UHGV virus genome: UHGV-0217139
Strand: one strand, 5' to 3'
From: a virus
Length of the DNA: 8,237 nt
Of this stretch, positions 6,717 to 8,237 are shown piece after piece. How positions within the stretch are numbered: the stretch's first letter is position 1; each line of letters starts with the position of its first letter. The notes under the pieces were generated by a model, which saw only the letters and a program-made list of their open reading frames with translations, ran no database searches and was not told the DNA's origin. A program made the position numbers and the translations under genes.

Positions 6717-7289
6717 ATGGAAAGCACAGCCTTACAGCAGGCCTTTGACACCTGTCAGAATAACAAAGCAGCATGGCTGCAACGCAAAAATGAGCTGGCA
6801 GCGGCCGAACAGGAATACCTGCGGCTTCTGTCAGGAGAAGGCAGAAACGTCAGTCGCCTGGACGAATTACGCAATATTATCGAAGTCAGAAAATGGCAGG
6901 TGAATCAGGCCGCCGGTCGTTATATTCGTTCGCATGAAGCCGTTCAGCACATCAGCATCCGCGACCGGCTGAATGATTTTATGCAGCAGCACGGCACAGT
7001 ACTGGCGGCCGCACTGGCACCGGAGCTGATGGGCTACAGTGAACTGACGGCCATTGCCCGAAACTGTGCCATACAGCGTGCCACAGATGCCCTGCGTGAA
7101 GCCCTTCTGTCCTGGCTTGCGAAGGGGGAAAAAATTAATTATTCCGCACAGGATAGCGACATTTTAACGACCATCGGATTCAGGCCTGACGCGGCTTCGG
7201 TGGATGACTGCCGTGAAAAATTCACCCCTGCGCAGAACATGATTTTTTCGCGTAAAAGTGCGCAACTGGCATCACGTCAGTCTGTGTAA
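6717..7289 (+). CDS. psu: P4 Psu polarity-suppression (Rho antagonist) / capsid decoration protein
   Basis: 190 aa; RBS AAGAG 6 nt upstream; last gene of the sid-delta-psu operon and directly followed by cos, as in P4; length matches P4 Psu as recalled. Confidence 0.85.
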   Translation: MESTALQQAFDTCQNNKAAWLQRKNELAAAEQEYLRLLSGEGRNVSRLDELRNIIEVRKWQVNQAAGRYIRSHEAVQHISIRDRLNDFMQQHGTVLAAALAPELMGYSELTAIARNCAIQRATDALREALLSWLAKGEKINYSAQDSDILTTIGFRPDAASVDDCREKFTPAQNMIFSRKSAQLASRQSV

Positions 7290-7453
7290 AATTCCCCGAA
7301 AACCCGCTTGTTTTTACTGAAAAAAGCCATGCATCGATAAGGTGCATGACTTTGCATGCGTTTTCCCGCCCCATTATCAACAAAACACGCCATTCCCGGC
7401 GCGGCCTGAGCGTGTCAGTGCAACTGCATTAAAACCGCCCTGCAAAGCGGGCG

Positions 7454-7472
7454 GGCGAGGCGGGGAAAGCAC
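7454..7472. other. cos: cos site: 19-nt P2/P4-type cohesive-end sequence
   Basis: Exact GGCGAGGCGGGGAAAGCAC, the 19-nt 5' cohesive end sequence of P2 and P4 as I recall it, located ~165 bp downstream of psu where P4 cos lies. Confidence 0.75.
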
Positions 7473-7780
7473 TGCGCGCAAATGTTGATGTGTTCAATTT
7501 TTTCAAAGTCTGAGAGCGCAATTGAGTTTGCTCGCTTCATCTACGACAATAAGTTAGAGTAGTGATTAGAAAGGGGAATGTTTAATATTATTGAGTTAAA
7601 GTTATTTTTGTGTTTTTGGATGACTCTATTGATGTGTTTATGATAGTGTTATTTTTACGGAGTGGATGGAGGATTAATTTCATTTAATGCATTAACATAA
7701 TGCATGTGTTTTAATGTGGCTGTTAAATATTGTGGCGGTTTTTTAGGCTATAAAAACATTTGTGTGCTTCTTATTTTTTT

Positions 7781-8237
7781 TTATTTATATTTTTGTGGGG
7801 TAATTTCAACATATGAAGAAGCGAACCATTCTACAGGTTTTTTGTTTTTCAATTCTTCTGTGTCAAAATTATCATCTGGTGTTGACCTAAATGTAATATA
7901 ATAAACGCCTGGCTTATTTAATCCAACAATATAGCTAAGGGTTTTTTCTGCTCCTATTAAAACATGTGTCTTTGATAATGATTTACTTTTTGATTCTGGA
8001 TAGTGTTTTTTATCTCTCAAAGATGTATAGAGATTTGGTGTAAAAGATTGAGATTGTTCAACTTTATCGCCATTTGCGCTTACTTTGTACACAGTTAAAG
8101 CTCCTTTGGATGTGTCAAAGGATAATGGTCGTTTGCCGTTATTTTTTATGGTTACATTAATAATCATTCCTAGCTGTGTTTTTAACGGGATAACATTAAT
8201 AGCAATACTGCTAGAGTCAGTGCCCTTAATTTGCTCT
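7781..8237 (-). CDS. 3' part of a cargo gene of unknown function in the post-cos variable region; 5' end lies beyond the window
   Basis: The minus-strand frame stays open from the window edge (8236) to the TAA at 7781-7783, giving 152 codons; the M at 8167 in the ORF track is internal. Very AT-rich codon usage unlike the P4 core. Sequence (…VYYITFRSTPDDNFDTEELKNKKPVEWFASSYVEITPQKYK) matches no family I recognise. Confidence 0.55.
   Translation of the reverse strand, partial: EQIKGTDSSSIAINVIPLKTQLGMIINVTIKNNGKRPLSFDTSKGALTVYKVSANGDKVEQSQSFTPNLYTSLRDKKHYPESKSKSLSKTHVLIGAEKTLSYIVGLNKPGVYYITFRSTPDDNFDTEELKNKKPVEWFASSYVEITPQKYK

Noticed and set aside
7330-7368. ATGCAT-rich inverted repeats after psu as a psu terminator
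   Set aside because: Stems are short and imperfect with only a GTTTTCC tract; plausible but not convincing, and the region may instead be part of the cos packaging signals.
7485-7638. 10-bp direct repeat TTGATGTGTT at 7485-7494 and 7629-7638
   Set aside because: An isolated short repeat in AT/GT-rich DNA, 144 bp apart with no flanking similarity; likely chance.
7704-7901. Plus-strand ORF 7704-7901 (65 aa)
   Set aside because: Overlaps the 3' end of the minus-strand cargo gene and the AT-rich spacer; the Phe/Leu-rich translation is typical of AT-rich noise; no RBS.

Overview
This window is the core of a P4-like satellite phage (phage-plasmid), apparently intact, with lower-GC foreign DNA on both sides. 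From left to right: (i) 1-880, an AT-richer flank carrying an N-terminally truncated reverse-transcriptase-like ORF; (ii) 881-1187, two ~125-bp direct repeats packed with TGTTCACC/GGTGAACA octamers, matching the P4 cis replication region (crr); (iii) a minus-strand operon eta/kil - epsilon - orf151 - orf106 - alpha (777-aa primase-helicase) ending in a rho-independent terminator; (iv) a divergent regulatory region with two TGT-N12-ACA dyads and repeated GTTCTCACGC motifs (P4-type immunity/late-promoter region); (v) the plus-strand late operon sid - delta - psu; (vi) an exact match to the P2/P4 19-nt cohesive-end sequence (cos) at 7454-7472; (vii) immediately after cos, a sharp switch to very AT-rich DNA with the 3' part of a minus-strand gene that runs off the window. 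That last segment lies where P4-like satellites carry variable anti-phage cargo and is the best candidate for a novel system, but only its last 152 codons are visible and I cannot assign a family. All protein identifications rest on recalled lengths, motifs and synteny; no database search was run.
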